From: Octopus bimaculoides
Lineage: Eukaryota
NCBI RefSeq assembly: GCF_001194135.2
Contig: NC_068992.1
Coordinates: 21,635,256 to 21,684,792, forward strand
Length of the DNA: 49,537 nt
Reading direction: 5' to 3'
The position numbers and the translations under genes are program-made. The first letter of the stretch is position 1, and every line of letters begins with the position of its first letter. Shown one piece after another: positions 12,201 to 23,718 of this stretch. The notes beneath the pieces are model-generated. The model saw nothing but the letters and a program-made list of their open reading frames with translations. It ran no database searches and had not been told where the DNA came from.

Positions 12201-12408
12201 GCGAGAGAGAGAGAGAGAGCGAGAGAGAGAGAGATAGAGCGAGAGAGAGATAGAGCGAGAGAGAGATAGAGCGAGAGAGAGAGATAGAGCGAGAGAGAGA
12301 TAGAGCGAGAGAGAGAGAGAGAGCGAGAGAGAGAGATAGAGCGAGAGAGAGAGAGAGCGAGAGAGAGAGCGAGAGAGAGATAGTGCGAGAGAGAGATATA
12401 TGCAGACA

Positions 12409-12442
<34 letters not shown>
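12105..12442. repeat. (GA)n with GAGC/GATA variants, then (GAAA)n
   Basis: Direct reading. Explains the ER/SL-rich pseudo-ORFs. Confidence 0.97.
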
Positions 12443-12444
<2 letters not shown>

Positions 12445-13699
12445 AAAAGTATTGTCGAAAGCTGGAATTATATTGATTGCGGACAAAATATAAGTCTGAA
12501 TTCTTCGGAATTGCCTTATTTTTCGAAATTAGCCAAGAACCCGATGATATATGATTAACAGGCATTTTCTATTGGCCTAAATCATGAATTTTGTACAAGC
12601 CAAAATGGCAGATAGCTTTTACATCCAGCAAATATGTCATTCATATGAAGTTTAAAGACACAAGCATGCGAAGGATTAGCGGAAGTTATAAATATTTATG
12701 CATTGATACACGTGTTTGTGTTTAATATTATATGCGTGTGTATGTATTGTGTATATAAACGTGTGTATTTATGTGTGTGTATGTGTGTGTGTTTTGAGGG
12801 TGTTTTTGACGTGTGTTTATGATGTAACATACCCGTATAAAATCAGTCGCAACAGAAGGGTACTGACGGTGAGAAAATACAATATTTTCGATAAATGAGT
12901 TATAGTAAAATACGTGGTTTTTGGAACCCAGCCCATCGCACGTATGTAACCCCTCCCCTGAGCCCACCCCACTCCGCCCCATTTCTCCACCCTCGTCCAT
13001 CTCATGAATAGGTTATTTATATTGTAGTTCAATCCTTCCCTTTATTGCTTTATTCTTTATCTTTTTGCGTCTTGTCTACATTCCTCAATAAAAATTTGTA
13101 TGAGATTTTTTTTTTTTTAAACTAGTTAAACATTGGTTTGTCAGATACCTAAATTCACTCGGTTTTTTAATTTTTTTTTTTTAGGGTGGGGTTACTTTTC
13201 TTCGTATTTTTCTACTTTGCACTTCATGGTCATATGTCTCAAAAGGGGTAAAAAAAATTTTTTTATTTCAAAAACGATAAATAAAAATTGTAGAGAAAAA
13301 CAGAGCTACAAAGATAAAGCATTAAAACATAACGATAAAAATATTTTTCGTTTAAATTCAGATAAAAATTGAAAAAGATTAAAATGTTTTCTTTTAAAAA
13401 ATGGTGGTGGGGGAAAAACAAATTTATCGAACAACTCAATATTTATATATCATCTTTTTACTTAACCAATATTTTCTATAGTGTTAACTCCTGGAATTCA
13501 CTCTTTCCCTCCAGGCATCGATTTACCGTTATTCAAACAGATCTTCAACTGTGTCCTTCACGCCCCCGCCTCTTGAATGGAAGTCCCACAAAAATCATGA
13601 ACACTACACCTCTCCTATTTGCAAAGCTATAAGGGAAATAAATAAAAGCGTAGGAGTGGCAAGAAGCATGCTTCCGGTTACCCAGGTTTCAGAACGAAA

Positions 13700-14205
13700 A
13701 AGTGACTGGCGCTCCACTGTCCGTGGAGGATGAAGAAAGAGATGAGACACCACAGAAGCAGGCACCAGTGTCGAGAGGGAGGAGGAATCGAATAGTAGAT
13801 GGAAAATGGTGGAGAAAAAGAGCAAGAAGAGGAGGAGAAGGACACACAGGATAAAATGTGACCCCTAACTCACACCACCCCCCATCACTCCCTACAGACA
13901 CCAACCCTCTTCATGCCCAGTTTGACAAGAAAAACAATTGCAACATACAGGAGCCCAAAATTTTCGCACCCTTGACCAGTAGTGAAAAATATGTTATACT
14001 ATATGACAGAGGAAATGAAAATCTTGATAACGAGATAAACTTGTGGAATGGAATTATTAAGATGGATTTAACAAAAGTGAGGGGGTTGCCTGGGCATTTG
14101 CGCTGTGTGATGGCAAACCCAGGCTTCCTTGTAAAATTAACGGATTACAAGGTGGACCAAGAGGATAGATACCAGAACAATGGCAGAACTGGTAAGCCTT
14201 GTTGA
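13700..14205 (+). pseudogene. Possible degraded ORF1 (gag-like) of a non-LTR retrotransposon
   Basis: Purine-rich, non-microsatellite segment with a charged linker (EREEESNSRWKMVEKKSKKRRRR), a 115-aa open frame, and RKTIATYRSPKF..RITRWTKRIDTRTMAELV across frames. Recognition is by resemblance only. Confidence 0.35.
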
Positions 14206-14223
14206 TATTTTAAAAATATATAA

Positions 14224-15065
14224 GGCGATTCTTTAGAAGTGCATATTTCCAAGAAAATGACGCTTACTTGTAAAAAACAAAGTTAGGAAAATGGGAAATA
14301 TATTCAAAATAAATGAAGTATGCAAAAATTAGGAAGATTCATCTATTTTTAAATATTTTGTACTAAAAAAATAGAACACGGAAAATAGGCAATCGTGAAT
14401 ATAAACAAACATGTCGGACGATACAAGGGGCGGCAACTTGTATCAGATGTTATTAATGATACGAGGGGCCCGACAATAACGTTTGCAAATTCTTGATTGT
14501 TTTTAATCAGATTTTTTACTGCGCACACTGGTTAGGGTTAGTTTTAGGGTTAGTGCTAGGATTAGGTGGTGTGCACTCGCTTTACCTTCGCCTATTTTAT
14601 GATGTGATATACAACAGAAACAATTATAAACCAAAAGAGTAAATATGTCTAAAACGTATGCAAGTTTTGTAATTTTTATTCTTGTTTTCAGTTTACAGAG
14701 AAATTTTATACAACATATAGTTCAGTGGCTATTTGTGTTCAAAAGTTGAAAAATGGTTCATGACCATTCAAAAGATTGTGAAACGGTCTTCTTACAATTC
14801 GCAGACGATATTGTCGGGCCCCTTGTATCATTAATAATATCTAACTGGTAGTTAGTTACCGCCCCTTGTATCGTACGACATGTTTGCTTACATTCGCGAA
14901 TGTCCATTTTCCGAGTTCTATTTTTTAGTATAAAATATTTAAAAATAGATGAATCTTCCCAATTTTTTGCATGCTTCGTTTATTTTGGATATATTTTCCA
15001 TTTTCCTAACTTTTTTTACAGGTAAATGTCATTTTCTTGGAGAGGTGCGCTTCTAAAGAAGCGCC
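14224..15065. mobile_element. Foldback / long-TIR non-autonomous element, about 270-bp inverted arms around a 304-bp spacer
   Basis: 14224-14491 aligns by eye to the reverse complement of 14796-15065 along its whole length. Terminal palindrome gcgcttct-aa-agaagcgc at 15047-15064. TTAGGG-like repeats at 14530-14566. Confidence 0.9.
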
Positions 15066-15384
15066 AAATATAAGATAAACATTATGTCTAAAAAAGGAAA
15101 CTAGCTGTTACAAAGGCAGGATTACTGGTATCTTAAATTAATGTAATTAAAAATTTTTTTTAATGTGTTGTATAAATTAATTATTGCAAAAGGTTAATGT
15201 AAATGGTGTTGCAAAGGGTTCACTGAAATTGCTCGGAGGTGGGGCCGAGCGGCTTCATTTTATCTTTCGTTGTACAATTTCATTAATTCCATTCGTTTTG
15301 TCTTTTGTTTTTTGTTTTTTTTTTTTGTCCCCACCTTCTGCTGTCCTCTCTATGTAATGCTTTTATGGCCAATTTCCATGAAAT

Positions 15385-15717
15385 AAAGAAGCTTGCTTCC
15401 TACCTACATGGTTCCGGGTTCAGTCTCACTACGTGGCACTTCGGGCGAGCAACTTTCGCTATAGCCTCGGGCCGATCAAACCTTTGTAAGAGGATTTGGT
15501 AGACGGAAACTGAAATGAAGCCCGTCGTATAATATATTTGTGTGTGTGTCTGTGTTTGTATTTGTATTTGTTCACCACCACCACTTGAGACCGGTAGAAT
15601 ATGTATCTGGCTTTAAAAGATAATAAATACCGGGATGATTCTTTCGACTAAAATTTTCGAGGCGATGCCCCAGCATGGCCACAGTCTCATGAATAAAACA
15701 AAAATAGTTAAAAGATA
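15385..15717 (+). mobile_element. SINE architecture B, 5'-clipped
   Basis: gcttgcttcc..catggttccgggttcagtc..gatttggtagacggaaactgaa..gcccgtcgtat(TG)n..gccccagcatggcc tail. Confidence 0.9.
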
Positions 15718-15925
15718 AAGGTGGTCGATTTGACAGTATCGTTGTAGTGTTGAGCAAAATGCTTTGTTGCATTAGTTTCGGCTCTCTATGTTCTGAGTTC
15801 AAATCGCGTTAGACGCAACTTTCCCTTTCATGCAATGAAATAAATTACCGGTCAAGTACTGAGATAGATATAATCGATAGCTCCTTTCCCTCGAAATTTG
15901 AAGCGGTGTGCTTATGTCAAAAAAA
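15718..15925 (+). mobile_element. SINE architecture A, diverged, abutting the B copy
   Basis: gttctgagttcaaatcgc..ccctttcat..accggtcaagtactg. Confidence 0.75.
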
Positions 15926-16194
15926 TCGATAATATACAAATATCCATCAATTGATCACGAGCTTTATTGATTTCATTCGTTGTTGTTGTTGTTGTTGGTG
16001 GTGGTGGTGAGGGTAGTACTGCTGCTACTGCTATTAGTGGTGGCGGTCGACGTCATCGACATCGTGGTTGCAGTAGTTGAGGCAGTAGGAATAGTGGAAG
16101 AGATAATGGTGTTATTTTGTTGTTTTTTATACTCGTCTGGAGATCTTTCCCTATCACGTCCAACCATCTGGTTGCGAGGCCTCTTCCAGCTCTC

Positions 16195-16634
16195 AGCTGC
16201 TGTGATGAATGGTAGTAAAACCCTGGTAGTTTGATCTAGTGGCTTAAGGTTTCGAAATTAACCGAAGCTCAGTGCCCGGTCGATACTCCTTTAAAAAAAA
16301 AAAAAAAATAGAATCGACCTCAGTAGGATTTGAACGCAAAACGTGGTGACTATAATTGACCGCTGCAATGATTCTTGTCCATCGTTGTACCACACCTGCC
16401 AACCCATCGGCCGCAATAGACTGAGAAATATAACGATTTCTGTTATAGAGAGGGGGGCCATAAATTCAGAGAAGGTATAATCGATGAAGTCAATCTCAAT
16501 ACTTAGCTGCTACATTATTTTCTCAAACCCCGAAGAAAGGAAAAAAAAATCAGCCTCGACAGAATCTGAACTCGGTATATAAGAAATTCTTCAAGGCATT
16601 TTCCTTGTCGCTTTACCAATTCTTCTCACAGCAA
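16195..16634 (-). mobile_element. Two diverged antisense SINE A copies (about 16195-16420 and 16465-16634)
   Basis: aatcgacctcagtaggatttgaac and cagcctcgacagaatctgaactc, reverse complements of the A head and body. Confidence 0.7.
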
Positions 16635-16655
16635 CTTTCAACGTTAAAATATATT

Positions 16656-16843
16656 AGTTTCGAATTTTGGCACAAGAGCAGCAATTTCGGAGATTACATC
16701 GACCCAGTGTGTAACTGGTACTTATGTTATCGACTATGAAAGGTAAAGTCGACCTCGGCGGAATTTGAACTCAGAACGTAATGACAGATGAAATGCCGCG
16801 AAGCATTTTGCCCGGCGTGTTAACGTTTCTGCCAGATCACCGC
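16656..16843 (-). mobile_element. SINE A with a 21-bp TSD
   Basis: TSD ctttcaacgt(t/c)aaaatatatt at 16635-16655 and 16844-16864. Confidence 0.92.
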
Positions 16844-16864
16844 CTTTCAACGTCAAAATATATT

Positions 16865-17079
16865 CTTTTCTTTTCTACTCTAGGCACAAGGCCCGAAATT
16901 TTTGGGGAGGGGGCAGTCGATTAGATCGACTCCAGTACGCAACTGGTACTTAATTTATCGACCCCGAAAGAATGAAAAACAAAGTCGACCTCGGTGGAAT
17001 TTCAACTCAGAACGTAAAGACAGACGAAATGCAGCTAAGCATTTCGCCCGGCATGCTAACGTTTCTGCCAACTCGCCGC
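16865..17079 (-). mobile_element. SINE A, full length and young
   Basis: Near-identical to the reverse complement of 47828-47987 plus an intact head (ctgccaactcgccgc). Confidence 0.93.
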
Positions 17080-17105
17080 TTATTAAACATATATTAAACA
17101 TATTT

Positions 17106-17595
17106 GGGAGACGGAAACTGTGTGGAAGCTTGTCGTATGCGTATGTGTGTGTATATATATGTATGTGTGTGTGTGAGAGAGATGTACGTATGTATGTGTA
17201 TAATGTACGTATGTGTGTGCGTCTGGTATTTGTGTTCTTGCATCGTTGAACAACCGGTGTTAGTTTGCTAACATCCCTGTAACTTAGCAGCTGAAGAAAA
17301 GAAAGTGGTTGAATACGTTCAAGGCTTAAAAGGTTAGTACTGGAGTCGATGTTTTTTCCGACTAAAACCCTTCAAGGCGATGCCCCAGACTGGCTGCGAT
17401 CCAAAGAATGAGACAAATAGTTGTTGGCACTCTGTCGAGGGTTCCAGTTGATCCGATCAACGGAACAGCCTGCTCGTGAAATTAACGTGCAAGTGGCTGA
17501 GCACTCCACAGACACGTGTACCCTTAACGAGTCCGCTGCCCTAATCACTGGGCCATTGCGCCTCCGCGAGACAAATAGAAGATAAAAGAAAAGAT
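17106..17595 (+). mobile_element. SINE B 3' half, interrupted by a nested insertion
   Basis: gacggaaactgt..gcttgtcgta(TG)n..aaggcgatgccccag..gagacaaatag[insert]aagataaaagaa. Confidence 0.8.
17421..17567 (-). mobile_element. Internally deleted SINE C (147 bp) with a perfect 11-bp TSD
   Basis: TSD gagacaaatag at 17410-17420 and 17568-17578. Head 5' half joined to the tail at cccttaacg|agtccgc. Confidence 0.9.
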
Positions 17596-18231
17596 AAAGC
17601 AGAAACTATGAGGAAGCCTTTCAGAGGAAGCAAATGGCTAGAAAATATTAAACATATATATAACGTTAAAATATATCAAGCTATGGTTACTCCGATGTTC
17701 TGGTAGGAAGCATTGGCCCAACGTACCGCGCAGTGGAAAAAGAACCCCGAATAAGACTGTTTGTGAAGTGAGCATCTTAACCAAATAGCTAAGCCTGCAT
17801 TCGCAACTTATTACAAGTAACTAATTGCAAGCAAACGTATAACACATATCTAGATTTTATCTGCGAAAATCAAGTCGCATTATCTAAAAATCTAGAAAAT
17901 CGTTCCTCTTGTTTTGTTTCGTTTTTGATTTTGTATTAAAAAAAAAAACATGTCTATAGCAGTTTTAGTTCTATATCAGTCTTGACAACTTTAAGTTATT
18001 CATTAGTACACTCTATTTTATTCATTAATTACGCACTTGTTGTTTCGTTTATAATTAGTATTTTTTATTTTGCTTTTGTTTTGTTTGTTTTTGTTTTGTT
18101 TTTTTTGTTTTTTGTTTTGTTTTTTTAATCTTTAACATTTGACTTGTAAAAAGAAGAAAAAAATGAATAAAAAGATGTAGATGTTATAATGTTATCATGT
18201 TGAAGGTGTCGTGTTTGAGATTCTGGCTAGT

Positions 18232-19090
18232 NNNNNNNNNNNNNNNNNNNNNNNNNNNNNNNNNNNNNNNNNNNNNNNNNNNNNNNNNNNNNNNNNNNNN
18301 NNNNNNNNNNNNNNNNNNNNNNNNNNNNNNNNNNNNNNNNNNNNNNNNNNNNNNNNNNNNNNNNNNNNNNNNNNNNNNNNNNNNNNNNNNNNNNNNNNNN
18401 NNNNNNNNNNNNNNNNNNNNNNNNNNNNNNNNNNNNNNNNNNNNNNNNNNNNNNNNNNNNNNNNNNNNNNNNNNNNNNNNNNNNNNNNNNNNNNNNNNNN
18501 NNNNNNNNNNNNNNNNNNNNNNNNNNNNNNNNNNNNNNNNNNNNNNNNNNNNNNNNNNNNNNNNNNNNNNNNNNNNNNNNNNNNNNNNNNNNNNNNNNNN
18601 NNNNNNNNNNNNNNNNNNNNNNNNNNNNNNNNNNNNNNNNNNNNNNNNNNNNNNNNNNNNNNNNNNNNNNNNNNNNNNNNNNNNNNNNNNNNNNNNNNNN
18701 NNNNNNNNNNNNNNNNNNNNNNNNNNNNNNNNNNNNNNNNNNNNNNNNNNNNNNNNNNNNNNNNNNNNNNNNNNNNNNNNNNNNNNNNNNNNNNNNNNNN
18801 NNNNNNNNNNNNNNNNNNNNNNNNNNNNNNNNNNNNNNNNNNNNNNNNNNNNNNNNNNNNNNNNNNNNNNNNNNNNNNNNNNNNNNNNNNNNNNNNNNNN
18901 NNNNNNNNNNNNNNNNNNNNNNNNNNNNNNNNNNNNNNNNNNNNNNNNNNNNNNNNNNNNNNNNNNNNNNNNNNNNNNNNNNNNNNNNNNNNNNNNNNNN
19001 NNNNNNNNNNNNNNNNNNNNNNNNNNNNNNNNNNNNNNNNNNNNNNNNNNNNNNNNNNNNNNNNNNNNNNNNNNNNNNNNNNNNNNNNNT
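18232..19090. other. Assembly gap (N)
   Basis: N run. Confidence 1.
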
Positions 19091-19309
19091 ATATAGAGAA
19101 AGAGATATATATAGAGAAAGAGATATATATAGAGAAAGAGATATATATAGAGAAAGAGATATATATAGAGAAAGAGATATATATAGAGAAAGAGATATAT
19201 ATAGAGAAAGAGATATATATAGAGAAAGAGATATATGTAGAGAAAGATATATATATAGAGAGAGAGATATATAGAGAGATATATATATATAGAGAGAGAG
19301 ACAGTGATT

Positions 19310-19343
<34 letters not shown>

Positions 19344-19350
19344 GAAGAGA
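19091..19350. repeat. 18-bp unit repeat (atatatatagagaaagag)n grading into (GATA)n
   Basis: Direct reading. Gives the IYIEKE pseudo-peptide. Confidence 0.95.
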
Positions 19351-19746
19351 GAGAGAATGGGAGATATCTAGACAACGCTGGAGTAAAAGTATCACATTTT
19401 AGTTTCGTGTGAAGTCGACTTAACACTTCTCTCATGGGTTGACCAAATAAGTCCCGGTAATGTAGAACAGTCGATTTAATCAACAGAATCCATGCACTCT
19501 AACCTGAACGAAAATCAGCCATCTAGGAAGCATTCGCTCGATCTCTTGAAAGCTGCAGTTCGATCTTCCGAAAATTGCCCTTATTATGAAGGAGCTTGCG
19601 TTTGAGTTTCTTTACATTTAATGAAAAATAGAACTGCCAGCCTTTGCACTTATCACCTGTCACACAATCTCTAAGCCACCGATCGTGAAATCATTTTTAA
19701 ACATTCATAAGAAAGAAAAAATGAAATCCGAATTAGTTTTAAACAT

Positions 19747-20118
19747 GCATCGTCGTGGCATTCCGTCGGTTACGACAACGCGGGTTCCAGTTAATCTGAT
19801 CAATGGAACAGGCCTGCTCGTGAAATTAACGTGAAACTGGCTGAGCACTCCACAGACACTTGTACCCTTAATGTAGTTCTCAGGGAGATTCAGCGTGACA
19901 AGGCTGGCCCTTTGAAATACAGGTACAACAGAAACAGGAAGAAAAAGTTGTGGTGAAAGAGCATAGCAGGGTTCGCCACCACCTCCTGCCAGAGCCAAGT
20001 GGAGCTTTAGGTGTTTTCGCTCAATAAACAAACACTTGCAACACCCGGTCTGGGAATCGAAACCGCGATCCTACGACCGCGAGTCCGCTGCCCTAACCAC
20101 TAGGCCATTGCGCCTCCA
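19747..20118 (-). mobile_element. tRNA-derived SINE architecture C, full length
   Basis: Reverse complement of 33867-34255. Possible 8-bp TSD ttaaacat at 19739-19746 and 20119-20126. Confidence 0.93.
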
Positions 20119-20362
20119 TTAAACATTTATATGTAAGGTTTAAAATCATAAAAATTTTAAGACTTGATACTGAGATTGAAAGGCAGGGGCGAATTATGCC
20201 AATCTAATCTACATATGCATAGTAATCAGAGTAACCTTCATAATTTTACCGAATTAGGTGCATATTTTGCCATATAAGGAAAATGTTGCTATCGATCTAT
20301 TTTATTCAGGATAGGCACTGCTTACCTTGCGTGCCTAGGCGGCACGTCTCTGGTATGTATAC

Positions 20363-20393
<31 letters not shown>

Positions 20394-20409
20394 TGTATGT
20401 ATGTATGTG

Positions 20410-20561
20410 GAAACAGTATTGTATATTTTTTTTATAATTTGTATATATTTATTTTATTATAAATGCAAAACAACACCACGGAGGAATCGATGTAAGCTTA
20501 AATAATAAACCGCGATAAGTGAACCACGATAGGTGAACCGCGATATGACGAAGGATTACTG
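20410..20561 (-). mobile_element. Truncated Tigger-like MITE
   Basis: Ends in cgcgatatgacgaaggattactg|ta. The body matches the reverse complement of 29968-30080. Confidence 0.85.
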
Positions 20562-20564
20562 TAT

Positions 20565-20842
20565 ATCTATATGCGTACCTATGCGCGTATTTATGTCTTT
20601 TATGTTTTTGTGTATATGTGTATGTATTTATATACGTATCCACGTATGTATGTTTGTGTATGCATATAGTATGCATATGTGTGTGTGAGTGTATACTTGT
20701 GTATGTATGTATGCATATGTGAAGGTTCTAGATACGTATGCAATGTATGTAACGTTTATATGTACGTATATGTGCATGGGTGTATACATAAATGTATGTA
20801 CGTATCTGCGCATGCATGAATGTCTGTATACAAGTATGCAGG

Positions 20843-20893
<51 letters not shown>

Positions 20894-21350
20894 CATACAT
20901 ACATATAAGTGTATGTATATTTGTACGTACGTATAAATGTGTCTATGTAAGTACGTATGTATGTATGTACCTATGTGTGTATGTATCCATGTATGTATAT
21001 ACATATGAATATATGTATATATGTGCCTATGTATATGCGTATGTATGCATATATTTGTAGGTATGCATATGTGCATGTAATATACCTATATGTGTATACG
21101 TATACATATGTCTATGTATGTATATACGTATGTATATACATGCATTCATGTATATATATATATGTATATACGTATACATATTTCTATGTATGTACTTATG
21201 TATGTGTGTATGTACGTACGTATGTATGTATGTATTATGTATGCTTGGATGTAAGTATGCATGTGTGTATATACATATATGTATGCGCGTAAGTACGTAT
21301 GTGCTTTCCAATGAAGGTGTCTTTGTGTGTGTACGCACGTATGTTATATG
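20565..21350. repeat. Long degenerate (TA)n/(TATG)n/(TG)n field
   Basis: Direct reading. Confidence 0.95.
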
Positions 21351-22409
21351 CGTAGGTGATAACAATTTAACACCAGTGTATTGTTCGGAAGATATTAAGA
21401 GAAAAGGTGTGCGTGGGACGCGAGACGTGAGATAAAATCTTCTACGATTGTGCTGTGTTGAGAATGATTGAATGAGCTAGCTATTAATGAGGAGTAGAGA
21501 GAGGAAAACGAGAGAGAGAAAGAGAGAGAAAACTGATAGACAGACAGTGACAAAGGGAGAAAGGGCATTGTCGTGGAATTTTTGAATAATGGTGGTCAAG
21601 AAAGTATGTCAGGAAGATGCAGGAAAGTGATTGATTACCTAAAGGGGGAGTTTTATCTCAAATTACACTGCTTCGCTCAGAAAAGATATACTTTCACAGC
21701 CCCAGTAGATCTCACTGCACGATTCGTCACTCTGTGTGTGTGCGTGTGTGCGTGTGTGTGTGTGTGTGTGTGTGATTTTTGTTCTTTATATTTTTCGTTT
21801 CTCTGGTCTGTTTGTTTTTTTGGGGGTTTGTTTTTTTTCTTTCTGTTTAGATAAGTCGATTGCTTTTTCACCTCGATAAAATAAGGGTGACAATGAGAAG
21901 TCCCTATATTTTATTGATTTACAAATTCCCGAGAATTCTGAAATAAAATTTTACGCCACAAAAAAAAAAAAAAGAAAAAGAGAAAAATCTGTTTTCCAAA
22001 CGGTAGGTTTTATTGCTAGTTATAAAATAAGTATAGTTGTTATGTTACTTTGAGCGACCATCACAATAAACAGCAGTGACATATGTTATGTCGGTCGTAA
22101 AAATAGCCAACTCTTGATAATGACGGTAGCCAAACAAAATGGAATTTGAGAGAGGAGGATGCGTGCGGTAAGAGGGGAAGGCTATAAGATTCGGAAATTC
22201 TCCCTGCTTTTCAAACATTTCTGGTATTGATTAAGCCACATAAAGTCCGTCTGAAGTTTGATTTACTTAAAGCGATTCTCTTCAGAGTAGATTTCTATAG
22301 AGTTGTTCGGTGGCAGAGATATGAGAGAGAGAGGGGTGATGGGAACGGTGGGAGAAAGAGTGGGAGTAAACAGAACTCAATGAAGCATGTTTGAATTACC
22401 TATAGTTAG

Positions 22410-22620
22410 ATTTGGCCAGACAAACAGACGAGCAGACAACCAGACAAGCTAGCAGACAGGCAGACAGGTAAACAGGCTGTGAGACAGACAGATTGACAAA
22501 GAGAAAGATGGGAAAACAAGCAAGTAGACAGACGTACAGATAGGTAGACGGACGGATAGATGGATTGAAACATACCCACAGACAGGCAGACAGACAGATA
22601 GGAGACATACAGAGCAGATA
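22410..22620. repeat. Degenerate (CAGA)n/(GATA)n microsatellite
   Basis: Direct reading. Confidence 0.85.
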
Positions 22621-22947
22621 TATATTAATACTCACAAGCAAGACATAGTGATCGGGACTTATGTACAGTAGAGGAAATCAGTTGCCTGGCATGTGTCAAC
22701 GTAAAACAAAAGATCGACGAAAAAGAAAACTCGTGCGCTGAAATATAGAGAAAGTTACAGCTACTCCATTCGGATAATAAGTTCAGATTTGTACCTGTAA
22801 TTATTCGAGTACAAGAATATGTAACAAACTGCCAGAGCATCAATCTATTAGGGTTCTCAAAACCAGTGAGAAGCTAATTAAAGATTACAAATACAAGTTA
22901 TCAATATAACTATCAAAATATGTAAAAATTTCTAAAAGTTTAGCATA

Positions 22948-23109
22948 TAGGCGCAAGAGTGGCTGTGTGGTAAGTAACTTGCTTATCAACCACATGGTTT
23001 CCAGTTCAGTCCCACTGCGTGGCACTTTGGACAAGTGTCTTCTACTATAGCCTCGGTTCGACCAAAGCCTTGCGAGTGGATTTGGTAGACGGAAACTGAA
23101 AGAAGCCCG

Positions 23110-23175
<66 letters not shown>
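22948..23175 (+). mobile_element. SINE B 5' half ending in (TG)n
   Basis: taggcgcaagagtggctgtgtggtaag (A-box), ttccagttcagtccc (B-box), ggacaagtgtcttctactatagcc. Confidence 0.93.
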
Positions 23176-23177
<2 letters not shown>

Positions 23178-23529
23178 CACACCTTAGGTATCGAAATCAA
23201 CGCAGAACAACCTGATAGCAAGTGCTTTGCTCGATAAAACAACGCCCTATCCGGTCTGGGATTCGAAATCACAACCTTGTTATCGTAAATGCAACACCCA
23301 AACCATATGACAAAACATTCTATGCTATTGCTTGGGAGAGGAAACTGAATACCTCTACTCTGAGTGGTGAGTAAGAAACAAACTGTAAAACGGTCCGGCA
23401 GGAAACTCCTCACGTCATTTTTTTTCCACACATAAGTATAGAAGGAACGTGTTTACGTTCTTATGTATTTTCTATGCATGTATATATGTATATGTACATA
23501 AATTGATTGTTAAATTGACATACATACAT

Positions 23530-23665
23530 GATCTGGATCTCGACTGAAGAGAGAAAACTCCGATTGACCTGTCCGTGTTTTCTTTGTATCGTCTATCTGT
23601 ATGTTTTGTCCCTTTCGTGTATCACCTAACTGTCTGGATGTTTTGCGTTCTTGACCCACTCTGTA

Positions 23666-23670
<5 letters not shown>
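23530..23670 (+). mobile_element. Putative Penelope-like terminal-repeat fragment with a degenerate hammerhead-like motif, followed by (TA)n
   Basis: CTGAAGA (23544-23550), GAG-aaaa-CTC hairpin, then cGATT instead of cGAAA, GTC at 23571, then a pyrimidine-rich tail running into (TA)n. Confidence 0.45.

Positions 23671-23718
<48 letters not shown>

Noticed and set aside
14530-14566. Interstitial telomere or chromosome-fusion scar
   Set aside because: Only about six degenerate units on one strand, inside a transposon-like spacer, with no head-to-head TTAGGG/CCCTAA arrays.
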